Positions 1 to 7,042 of a DNA stretch of 12,278 nucleotides are shown piece by piece (the first letter of the stretch is position 1; each line of letters opens with the position of its first letter). The notes below the pieces were generated by a model. The model searched no databases and was not told the origin of the DNA. It worked only from the letters and a program-made list of their open reading frames with translations. Both the position numbers and the translations under genes were made by a program. Source of the DNA: Bdellovibrionota bacterium (GTDB lineage Bacteria; Bdellovibrionota_C; UBA2361; JBGSMV01); contig JBIKWF010000123.1 of NCBI GenBank assembly GCA_044356455.1, positions 1 to 12,278 on the forward strand, written 5' to 3'.

Positions 1-36
1 GCGCGTAAGACTATAAAATCTATTACTTCACCCGCG

Positions 37-97
37 CGACCTTCGGGGAGCGCTGTACCTATGGAGTCTGGCCCGTCCTACGGGACAGACTCCTAGG
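37..97. repeat. Palindromic REP-like hairpin cluster
   Basis: Long imperfect hairpin at 58-97: CCTA-t-GGAGTCTG-g-CCCGT-cct-ACGGG-a-CAGACTCC-TAGG. It is preceded by CGACC-TTC-GGGGAGCG (37-52), whose reverse complement resembles CGCTCCC-TTC-GGTCG at 12264-12278. Confidence 0.55.
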
Positions 98-220
98 GGA
101 GTAGGCGGCTTCGCGTTAAAATTGCTTTACCGTTCTGGAGAGAGTCTGAAACGCACAACACTAGCCTCTATCCTTGCGCTTTGGTGGAACTGAGGTAAGT
201 TTTCCTCCAGGCGAGGCTCT

Positions 221-937
221 ATGATTGATCTTCAAAAACTTGTTATCGGAATGGCTACTCAGGCGCTTGGGGGAGGGCTCCGCTCAGCAACCCGATCTTC
301 TTCGGGCCGCTCTTCTCGTAGCTACGGTCGTTCAGGCATTAATGAAGGAAAGCTCCTGGTTGGTATTCTCGGAGTTGCAGTTGCAGCCTACGAGCATTAC
401 ACCAGATCAAGAGCAGAAAGTGGGGCGATTTCTTCTTCTGGTTCTGTGCCTCAACCTGGTGAAACCCGCCCGGCCCGTGCCCCAGCTCCACCACCACCTC
501 CGCCTCCTTCTCGGAGTTCAACCGAGATGAGAGGGCCACCTCCAATTCCTGGATCCACCAATACTCGTACCGCCATGGATCCGCATGCCTTGTTGCTTCT
601 ACGTGCCATGGTTGCTTCTGCCTACTCAGACGGAGCTCTTGATGAGGAAGAGCGCCGCTCAATTCTTGAGCAGCTTGGGGGACACTCCCTTTCTCAAGAC
701 GAAAAGGCCTTTCTTGAGTCCGAGCTCTCCTCTCCGCGCTCTATTCAGGAGCTTGCCGGGGCGGTGAGTAGCTTCGAAGAAGGCAAACAAGTGTATGCTG
801 CCGCTGCTCTGGCCGTGCAAGTTGACTCAGACGAGGAGTTAGACTTTCTTTCGCGCCTTTCCCTGGCGCTTGAAATTGATGAAAATACGCGCAGAGAAAT
901 CGATTCTCAACTTGGCGTCTCTGGTCGCCAGCAATAA
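221..937 (+). CDS. DUF533 (YebE / TerB-like tellurite-resistance fold) membrane-associated protein with Pro-rich linker
   Basis: 238 aa, with GAGG upstream of the ATG. Gly-rich hydrophobic segment (LLVGILGVAVAAYEHY), then a poly-Pro linker, then DUF533-type motifs LLLLRAMVASAYSDGALDEEER, EKAFLESEL..P, VYAAAALAVQVDSDEELDFL..L...LEI. Confidence 0.88.
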   Translation: MIDLQKLVIGMATQALGGGLRSATRSSSGRSSRSYGRSGINEGKLLVGILGVAVAAYEHYTRSRAESGAISSSGSVPQPGETRPARAPAPPPPPPPSRSSTEMRGPPPIPGSTNTRTAMDPHALLLLRAMVASAYSDGALDEEERRSILEQLGGHSLSQDEKAFLESELSSPRSIQELAGAVSSFEEGKQVYAAAALAVQVDSDEELDFLSRLSLALEIDENTRREIDSQLGVSGRQQ

Positions 938-978
938 AACGTGCGTCTCTGAGAGATGCTCCCCGTGGAGAAGGTGGT

Positions 979-1950
979 ATGAGTCAGTGGTTTTTAAGCT
1001 ACGACGGTAAGCAAATTGGTCCGTTCTCTGTTGCAGAGGCGCGAGCGCACACGTCGCAGAACAAGCAAGGCTACGCTTGGCGTGAAGGGTTTCCTGAGTG
1101 GGTTCCTATTACCCAAGTAGGTGAGCTTTCTTCTACTTTGGCCCCGCTTTCTTCGCCTCCCCCGATGGGCTCTCGTAGTGACGAGATCGATTACCGAATC
1201 ATGGGTAGTGAAATGCAGTTCGTTGAGGTCGAGCTTGACCCAGGCGAGAGCTGCATCGCAGAGGCGGGAGCCATGATGTACAAAGATCCTGCCGTAGTCA
1301 TGGAAGCAACGTTTGACTCTGGGGCTCGAGGTGGTGGGTTTGTTGATAAGCTTCTTGGAGCCGGTAAGCGCGTGCTCACAGGCGAGAGCCTTTTCATGAC
1401 GCAGTTTCATAACCAGGGTTCACAGAAGGCCAAGGCTGCTTTTGCTTCCCCATATCCAGGAAATATTATTCCCGTTCATTTGCGCACGATGGGGGGCTCT
1501 CTCATTTGCCAAAAAGACAGCTTCCTGTGCGCCGCACGCGGCGTTTCGATTGGAATCTATTTTCAGCGAAAGATTCTTACCGGCCTCTTTGGCGGCGAGG
1601 GCTTTATCATGCAAAAGCTCGATGGAGATGGCCTCGCCTTTATTCATGCCGGTGGAACCTTGGTCGAGCGGAAACTGCAAGCAGGTGAAGTGCTCCACGT
1701 GGATACGGGATGTATCGTCGCTTTTCAGCCAAGCGTGAGCATGGACATTGAGCAGGCAGGGAATATTAAGACGCTTCTTTTCGGAGGCGAGGGCGTTTTC
1801 TTCGCCACCCTGAGAGGTCCAGGGAATGTGTGGATGCAGTCTCTGCCATTCTCTCGTCTTGCCGGAAGGATGCTTGCAGCCTCTGTTGGTGGAAAGGAAG
1901 AAGGCTCGGTTCTCGGGCAGCTGGGGTCCGTTTTGCAGGGAGATCGTTGA
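979..1950 (+). CDS. TIGR00266 / AIM24 family protein with N-terminal GYF_2 (DUF4339)-like domain
   Basis: 323 aa, with GGAGAAGG upstream. N-terminal W.....GKQIGPF ... WREGFPEW is the GYF_2 signature. AIM24 motifs: QFVEVELDPGE.CIAEAGAM, GESLFMT, FASPYPG, CQKDSFLCA, GLFGGEGFIMQKL.GDG, VDTGC, FGGEGVFFATLRGPG.VWMQSLPFSRLA. Confidence 0.93.
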   Translation: MSQWFLSYDGKQIGPFSVAEARAHTSQNKQGYAWREGFPEWVPITQVGELSSTLAPLSSPPPMGSRSDEIDYRIMGSEMQFVEVELDPGESCIAEAGAMMYKDPAVVMEATFDSGARGGGFVDKLLGAGKRVLTGESLFMTQFHNQGSQKAKAAFASPYPGNIIPVHLRTMGGSLICQKDSFLCAARGVSIGIYFQRKILTGLFGGEGFIMQKLDGDGLAFIHAGGTLVERKLQAGEVLHVDTGCIVAFQPSVSMDIEQAGNIKTLLFGGEGVFFATLRGPGNVWMQSLPFSRLAGRMLAASVGGKEEGSVLGQLGSVLQGDR

Positions 1951-1967
1951 CGCACCAGATAGGCCGC

Positions 1968-2100
1968 GGAATCTCTGAAAAAGTCCGCTCTGTGAGCTCT
2001 GTGCCCTCTGTGGTTGATTTAAATTGTTGAAAAACCACAGAGGACACAGAGATCACAGAGAGGAAAAAATAAAATAGCGATGTTTTTCAGGGGTTCCCTA
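1968..2100. mobile_element. MITE-like non-autonomous palindromic element, copy 1
   Basis: Imperfect terminal inverted repeats GGAATCTCTGAAAAA (1968-1982) and GTTTTTCAGGGGTTCCCTA (2082-2100). Internal 28-bp inverted repeat (1988-2015 vs 2033-2060, 26/28 complementary) built from three CTCTGTG units at 9-bp period, around a 17-nt AT-rich loop. Confidence 0.65.
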
Positions 2101-2339
2101 GGTAGAATTCTTAAATTAGCAAAACCCAGACTCCTTACGCATAGGGAATCGGAATGGCATCTGCAAGCAGCTGATATTGCTACGGTTTGCGTCCTTCGTG
2201 TTAATTCTCCCCCTTAAACATTCCGACACCCTACCTTACGCATACAAAGACAGTTGCCCCCTCATAACCCTAAGAGAGAGCGGAGATTTTAGGCTCCGGC
2301 GGAAATCCTCTCACGCAGGTTTTCTCAGGCGAGGTTTGT

Positions 2340-3206
2340 ATGGGGTCAGATCTAATCCAGTCACTGCTTGGCTCGAGCTCCTTGAGCGGGCTCTTGAACA
2401 ATAATCTAGTATTTCCTGTCGCTGCTCTCTTAGGCCTTTCCTTCGTGAGGTCTCTGTTAAGAACAGGCCGAGGGCTTCTTCCGGTGGCGGCTCTGGTGCT
2501 TCTGATGCTTGGAAAAGATCCGGGGGTCTCGCAGGCAATGTCTGGTCACGCGCCATCCATGCAATCCCTTGGCTTAGATCCGCAGGCCTTGCTTGCGCGT
2601 GATGGTATTCTGCTGCCAGTTCTCTTGCTGCTCCTCGCGCTCTTTCTTTCGCGCGGCTATCTGTTCTCGATGGGAGGGATTCTTCCGCTCGCAGCAATTG
2701 GGATACTTCTCATGCAAAGAGACTTTAGACTCCCAGAGATTTCCGCAGATCCCGTGCGAGGGAGCATGCTCTGGGTCGGTGGGGCGGCTTTACTTCTCTT
2801 TTTCGGATTCCGACTTTTAGGACGACGTCCGTGGGCTATGGGATATTATCCTTCCGTGCCGCTGTCGGTCAGAATTTCTCAGCAGATGGCTGCGCTTAAA
2901 ACACTGCTGAAACCTGTCTCTGGCGCTCTCGCCGGTGTCGTTGCACTGCTCATGTTTACTAACCCAGGCTTTATCGAAGAGGTGGTGCCAGGCTGGCGAC
3001 TTACGCTGGGGCTCGGATCGCTTCTCGTGGCGCTATTCGGCTTGGCCTGCTCACTGCCGGAGAAAATAAGAGCCTATCTGGTTCCGGCGTACTGGGGAGT
3101 GGTGGTGCTACTCCTTGCGATTAGCTTGTGGAAGGATCCGAGTTCCGTTAATGAGAGCCGGCTCACTTCCCAGGTTTCGGATGACCTTGAGGTTGAGCAC
3201 TTTTAG
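2340..3206 (+). CDS. Hypothetical multi-pass membrane protein with internal tandem repeat
   Basis: 288 aa, with GAGG before the ATG. About 8 Leu-rich hydrophobic segments. Residues ~6-60 and ~74-128 are similar to each other. No family recognised. Confidence 0.75.
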   Translation: MGSDLIQSLLGSSSLSGLLNNNLVFPVAALLGLSFVRSLLRTGRGLLPVAALVLLMLGKDPGVSQAMSGHAPSMQSLGLDPQALLARDGILLPVLLLLLALFLSRGYLFSMGGILPLAAIGILLMQRDFRLPEISADPVRGSMLWVGGAALLLFFGFRLLGRRPWAMGYYPSVPLSVRISQQMAALKTLLKPVSGALAGVVALLMFTNPGFIEEVVPGWRLTLGLGSLLVALFGLACSLPEKIRAYLVPAYWGVVVLLLAISLWKDPSSVNESRLTSQVSDDLEVEHF

Positions 3207-3308
3207 GGAACCTTTGAAAAACTTCCATTCTTAATACGCCTCTGTGTACCTCCGTGATCTCTGTGGTGCAATTTTTAAAGGAAAATTTCACTACAGAGGA
3301 GGCAAGAG
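3204..3308. mobile_element. MITE-like palindromic element, copy 2 (degenerate, inverted relative to the right end of copy 1)
   Basis: TAGGGAACCTTTGAAAAAC (3204-3222) matches the reverse complement of 2082-2100 at 17/19. It is followed by CTCTGTG/CTCCGTG/CTCTGTG units (3240-3265) and a partner arm CACTACAGAG (3289-3298). It lies between convergent genes and could also act as a terminator. Confidence 0.6.
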
Positions 3309-3338
3309 TGCGTAGGTTTTTACGAATTTAATGGGCTA

Positions 3339-3935
3339 CTATGCCGCAGCGCTGCCGGGATTGCTCCGAGCCCCCCAGCCCCGTGACCCTTTCGCGGTGC
3401 TGTGTTCGCCGATTCCGGCATGCTCACCGAGAAGTACCAGGGTGATGTCAATCGATCCAAACTTACAGTGATATTCGGGATGACTCGCATCAAAATGCGC
3501 ACTTCCGAGAGCAATCTTTTGGCGCCGGAGCTCTCGGCCCTGGGCGATGGCATCCTCCCAGATAACCTCGATTTCAACTCCTTTGCATAACTTCTCAAGA
3601 GGGGTGCGCCCACGAAATTGCATCTCGAGATGCTCAACACCACTCTCGTAAGGTAGAAACCGGGCTGAAACCGACGCAAGAATTGAAGCTCCCTCGTGAG
3701 AATTGTCGATTGCCTCAGGAAGCTGCAAGCGAATGTTCCCTACCGGGGAAGCGATTAGAATTGTTTTCGAGTCTGGTTGAAATTTTAAATGATATGCGGC
3801 GTTCGGAGCTGAGCCGAGGTGTGATTGAGCCGCAGTGTCTTGTCTCTGAGTTATTCTTGCTTGTTCCTCGGCTGAAGGCGACGCGCTGGCATCGCGTGAG
3901 TAGAGGGTAAGATCGTCTTTGATGAAATGGAGCAT
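3339..3935 (-). CDS. Hypothetical protein (predicted beta-rich, soluble)
   Basis: 198 aa ORF with AAGAGG 4 nt before the ATG. It fills the space between copy 2 and the divergent intergenic region. No family recognised. Confidence 0.65.
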   Translation of the reverse strand: MLHFIKDDLTLYSRDASASPSAEEQARITQRQDTAAQSHLGSAPNAAYHLKFQPDSKTILIASPVGNIRLQLPEAIDNSHEGASILASVSARFLPYESGVEHLEMQFRGRTPLEKLCKGVEIEVIWEDAIAQGRELRRQKIALGSAHFDASHPEYHCKFGSIDITLVLLGEHAGIGEHSTAKGSRGWGARSNPGSAAA

Positions 3936-4096
3936 ACTTCCTCTTAGTCGCGATTCAAACTATCGGCTATTTTGTATCGTAGTTCTCGGCCACCAAGAGA
4001 GACTCGGGGGCGAGACTTACGGGAACGCATAAAGCCACTAACCTAACTACTTCGACGCCAATTCACCTCGACCAACGGAGACACAAACTCTGTTCC

Positions 4097-4294
4097 CTAA
4101 AGAGGTACTTTAGGGCGAGTTTCGAATCTATTGAGGTTAAAAAGGAACGTCCCTTGCGAGGCCAAAAACACCAAAAAGAAATGCGCGACGTGGCCGGACA
4201 GAATTACAATGAACAAAAACAAAACTGACGAGAAGTAGAACTTGCAACCAAGCGGTCTACTTTTTTCGATCCATTTTTCTGTTGTCGGCTTCAT
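4097..4294 (-). CDS. Possible small membrane protein (65 aa from the ATG at 4294)
   Basis: MKPTTEKWIEKSRPLGCK followed by hydrophobic FYFSSVLFLFIVILSGHVAHFFLVFLA, in an otherwise empty ~550-bp gap. The RBS is weak and the hydrophobicity may just reflect T-rich DNA. Confidence 0.2.
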   Translation of the reverse strand: MKPTTEKWIEKSRPLGCKFYFSSVLFLFIVILSGHVAHFFLVFLASQGTFLFNLNRFETRPKVPL

Positions 4295-4485
4295 GGTGAG
4301 AGAGCAAACTCTTCTCGGACCCACAATCACCGCAACTCACGCCTATTGCTTATCTTCCAAGGAAGAAAGCGCCCGGCTGCTTAGTGTATATGCACAAGAG
4401 GAAAAATTACAACACTAAAATAGCTAATAATTACAAGGCGTTGCCTTGAAGTGTTAGATTTTAAAGAGCTTCATCGAACGCCGTT

Positions 4486-5886
4486 ATGAAAAACTCCCGA
4501 TTTTTCCTCTTCTGCCTGCTGGCCTTTGGTATCGTTCTAAGACTGCTCGCAGCACGCGGGGATCTTTGGCTTGATGAAGCGATGTCTCTTCTCGCCGTAA
4601 AAAAGTGGGAGCCAAACAATCCGCTCTTAGTGTTTGGATGGGCGCATGACAATAATCATCCGCTCAATTCACTCTGGATGTATCTCACGCGAGGTGTGAG
4701 CAGCGCCTGGCCGTATCGAATTCTTTCTCTTGTCTCTGGTATTGGATCTTTGATTCTCATTTACACGTGGCCACTTAAGAGGGGAGTCATAGAGCAACTG
4801 GTGCTCGCAGTCCTATGGACTTTTTCGTATCTCCTTTGCCTTTATGATAGTGAGGCGCGCGGCTACGCCCCCATGGTCTTTTTCGGGCTCCTTGCCTGGC
4901 GCTGTTCGCTTCGTTTGGAAAACTCAATAACTTGGTTTTCGGTTCTGAAAGTCAATATATGTCTCCTGCTTAGTAGTTTAGCGCATGTGATTGGAGTGTA
5001 TTGGTTTGTTTTTGTTGGAGTGCTTTTGGTGGGAGGGCAAGGTCGAACGCGACCGAAAGCTGCCACAAGAATTTTGCTTCTCCTCCCTTCTTTCCTTTTC
5101 TTGGGGCTTTACTATTGGGGCTTTATTCAGACCCTTCCTGAAGGTAGCGGCGCCCTTCGTTCATATACTGAAGTTATACTCTCTGCGCTCGCGCTTGCGG
5201 GAGGAGCGCCGGGACTCTCAGCCTTCGCCCCGCGAGAAGGCTTACTTTCTCTTCTTGTAGTAGCGCTCTTCTGCGTGCTTTCGGTGAAAGCTCTCGCAGT
5301 TCTCTCGAGGTCGGAAAAGAAATTAGCAAGTGCGCTGCTCATTGGAATTGTCGCTGCACCTATCTTGGTGCTCGTAGTCTTTGAGCCACGTGTGCTCTAT
5401 GAAAGATATTTGCTTGTACCGATTGTCCTTAGCTATTTTTTACTTGCTTCTTATTTCTCTTATCTTTGGGAATACTCGAAGGGTGCGCGAGTTTTTGTGG
5501 CGCTACTTCTTGTTGCCTATGTAGGAGGTAATTCATTCAAGCTCTATGAGCTTCTTGCCTTTGGGCGCGGTTCTTATTCGGCAGCATTCCATGAGATGAC
5601 GCGGGAGAATTCCGGTGGCGTAACCACGGCTGCCTTTGACCAGCCCTTTAGAGGAGAGGTTATGGTGGAACTATATGGGGAGTCGCACGGGGTTCGCGCT
5701 ACTACAGAAGTTGCGAAATCTGAGTGGTATGTCTTGAGTTCTCAGGAACGCGGGTTTGAGCCCCCTCAGGAAATTGATTTCAAAGAAGCTGGGCGTTTTG
5801 TGCTTACAAAAACTCACAGGTCGGCGCAGCTCTCTGGTTTCACCTGGTTTATCTACCGGCGCGCCACCGAACCAATAAGCAGCTGA
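4486..5886 (+). CDS. GT-C fold glycosyltransferase (PMT_2 / GT39-GT83, ArnT/PMT-like), multi-pass membrane protein
   Basis: 466 aa. N-terminal TM ending in LRL, first-loop DLWLDEA, DNNHPL, R..SL..G, EARGY and ERYL motifs typical of bacterial PMT-like GT-C proteins. About 10-12 TM segments and a soluble C-terminal domain. Confidence 0.85.
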   Translation: MKNSRFFLFCLLAFGIVLRLLAARGDLWLDEAMSLLAVKKWEPNNPLLVFGWAHDNNHPLNSLWMYLTRGVSSAWPYRILSLVSGIGSLILIYTWPLKRGVIEQLVLAVLWTFSYLLCLYDSEARGYAPMVFFGLLAWRCSLRLENSITWFSVLKVNICLLLSSLAHVIGVYWFVFVGVLLVGGQGRTRPKAATRILLLLPSFLFLGLYYWGFIQTLPEGSGALRSYTEVILSALALAGGAPGLSAFAPREGLLSLLVVALFCVLSVKALAVLSRSEKKLASALLIGIVAAPILVLVVFEPRVLYERYLLVPIVLSYFLLASYFSYLWEYSKGARVFVALLLVAYVGGNSFKLYELLAFGRGSYSAAFHEMTRENSGGVTTAAFDQPFRGEVMVELYGESHGVRATTEVAKSEWYVLSSQERGFEPPQEIDFKEAGRFVLTKTHRSAQLSGFTWFIYRRATEPISS

Positions 5887-5974
5887 AACCACTGGTATTT
5901 TTTAGATCCTAGGAGGGAGACCGCGGCGAGAAATATCTCATAACAGTGGAGAACTCCTTCTGTTCCACTTTTTT

Positions 5975-6823
5975 GTGAGTACTTTCATGCCCGCGCCGTC
6001 TTCTGAGTCTCTGTCAGTTGTAGCGACCGATATCCCTTCCCTTAGTGGAGAGGATGCTCAGCTACTTGCCTTTGCTGCATCAATTGAAGCTGGCAGTTTT
6101 GCTGGAGCACAATTAAGGGCTGTTGGGGAATTCGGAACGGTACTTGGGGAAGGTAGAAACGAGAATGGAAAGCGCTATAGCTTTACGCTGCAGCTTCGCC
6201 CAGTGCCTCCGCTTGAAGTTCCAGGAACCTTAGAAGAATTTTGCCGGATACAAGGTCTTGTGGACGCCGCGGAGCCCGGTCGAAAAAGAGGCTCTCGGCC
6301 AGTGGGCTTTGCGGGACTGCCGGTTATACTACTTGCGTGCGACGATGCCGACACGACAGATTCAAAAGTTATTCTACACGGAGCTATCTTCGAACAGCAG
6401 GACGCCACATTTTATATGCCCCGAGGCGCTTGCAGGCCAAGATGGGAAGGTATTATTGCAGCAGAAACGTGCGGTGTGGCTTCGCTCTCTCCTTCACGTG
6501 CAGCGCAGAGGAATCTCTCTGTAGAGCTTCCTGCTCATGGAGGTGCGCTTAGCTGCTTAGTAACATCAGCCGAAAATGGTTCATATTCGTTTGCGTTCAA
6601 AGGCCAGGGCTCTCTTGAGGGCCGGACCGTGTGGTTTGCGATCCTTGACTCAAATGATGACGAAGTGCTCGCGCAAGGTAGGAGCGACGGGAGTAGAGCT
6701 CAAGGTTCCGTGGAGCTGAAATCTGATTCTCGGGGCAGCGTGGGGGCAGACTATCCTCATTCGTTTAGCCTCCCTAAAGGGGGACGCCTCATATTCATTT
6801 TGGAGCCCAAGACGAAGGGCTAA
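5975..6823 (+). CDS. Hypothetical protein (start GTG 5975 or ATG 5987)
   Basis: 282 aa ORF, the longest in the interval and co-oriented with the GT-C gene. Alternating beta-strand patterns. No family recognised. Confidence 0.7.
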   Translation: MSTFMPAPSSESLSVVATDIPSLSGEDAQLLAFAASIEAGSFAGAQLRAVGEFGTVLGEGRNENGKRYSFTLQLRPVPPLEVPGTLEEFCRIQGLVDAAEPGRKRGSRPVGFAGLPVILLACDDADTTDSKVILHGAIFEQQDATFYMPRGACRPRWEGIIAAETCGVASLSPSRAAQRNLSVELPAHGGALSCLVTSAENGSYSFAFKGQGSLEGRTVWFAILDSNDDEVLAQGRSDGSRAQGSVELKSDSRGSVGADYPHSFSLPKGGRLIFILEPKTKG

Positions 6824-6909
6824 GCATTTCTCCTAGTGCAAGAGTCTTCTTGCTCTATGGAATCCCAGGTAATGGTGACCGGAAAATTTAACTTCTTCTG
6901 GCACTCGCA

Positions 6910-6922
6910 AATCAATAACTTA
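6910..6922 (+). promoter_or_regulatory. Putative IHF binding site
   Basis: AATCAATAACTTA is a perfect match to the IHF core consensus WATCAANNNNTTR. It ends about 37 bp upstream of a sigma54-type -24/-12 element. Confidence 0.55.
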
Positions 6923-6958
6923 GTGCGGTTCCCTCTAGTAAGGGCGCCCCTCTCTGCC

Positions 6959-6975
6959 CTGGCCTATTTGTTGCA
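6959..6975 (+). promoter_or_regulatory. Putative sigma54 (RpoN) -24/-12 promoter of the cytochrome c gene
   Basis: CTGGCCTATTTGTTGCA has GG(6961-62)-N10-GC(6973-74) and matches TGGCAC-N5-TTGCW except at two positions. It lies about 68 bp upstream of the GTG start at 7043. Confidence 0.6.
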
Positions 6976-7042
6976 GTCCCTTAGCTCTGGGGAGAACGAA
7001 TTCTCTCGTTTGTCGCTACCTATTCTCTAGGAGGGAGGGCCT

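Noticed and set aside
994..2056. Antisense and alternate-frame ORFs over the AIM24 gene (e.g. 994..1410, 1420..1698, 1766..2056)
   Set aside because: They are shadows of a strongly supported CDS and have no motifs of their own.
1988..2060. CTCTGTG repeats as a CRISPR array
   Set aside because: The units are 9 bp with no unique spacers, they form one inverted repeat, and no cas genes are present.
2155..2168. TGGCAT...GC as a sigma54 promoter
   Set aside because: The GG-to-GC spacing is 9 nt rather than the required 10, and there is no TTGC.
2177..2404. 75-aa TTG-start ORF
   Set aside because: It overlaps the start of 2340..3206, has no RBS and shows no recognisable features.
6899..6914. TGGCAC as a sigma54 -24 box
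   Set aside because: There is no GC at the -12 position (it reads AATC). The site at 6960-6975 fits much better.
6836..7030. 64-aa ORF between the hypothetical gene and cytochrome c
   Set aside because: No clear RBS or motif; the interval is better explained as the sigma54/IHF promoter region.
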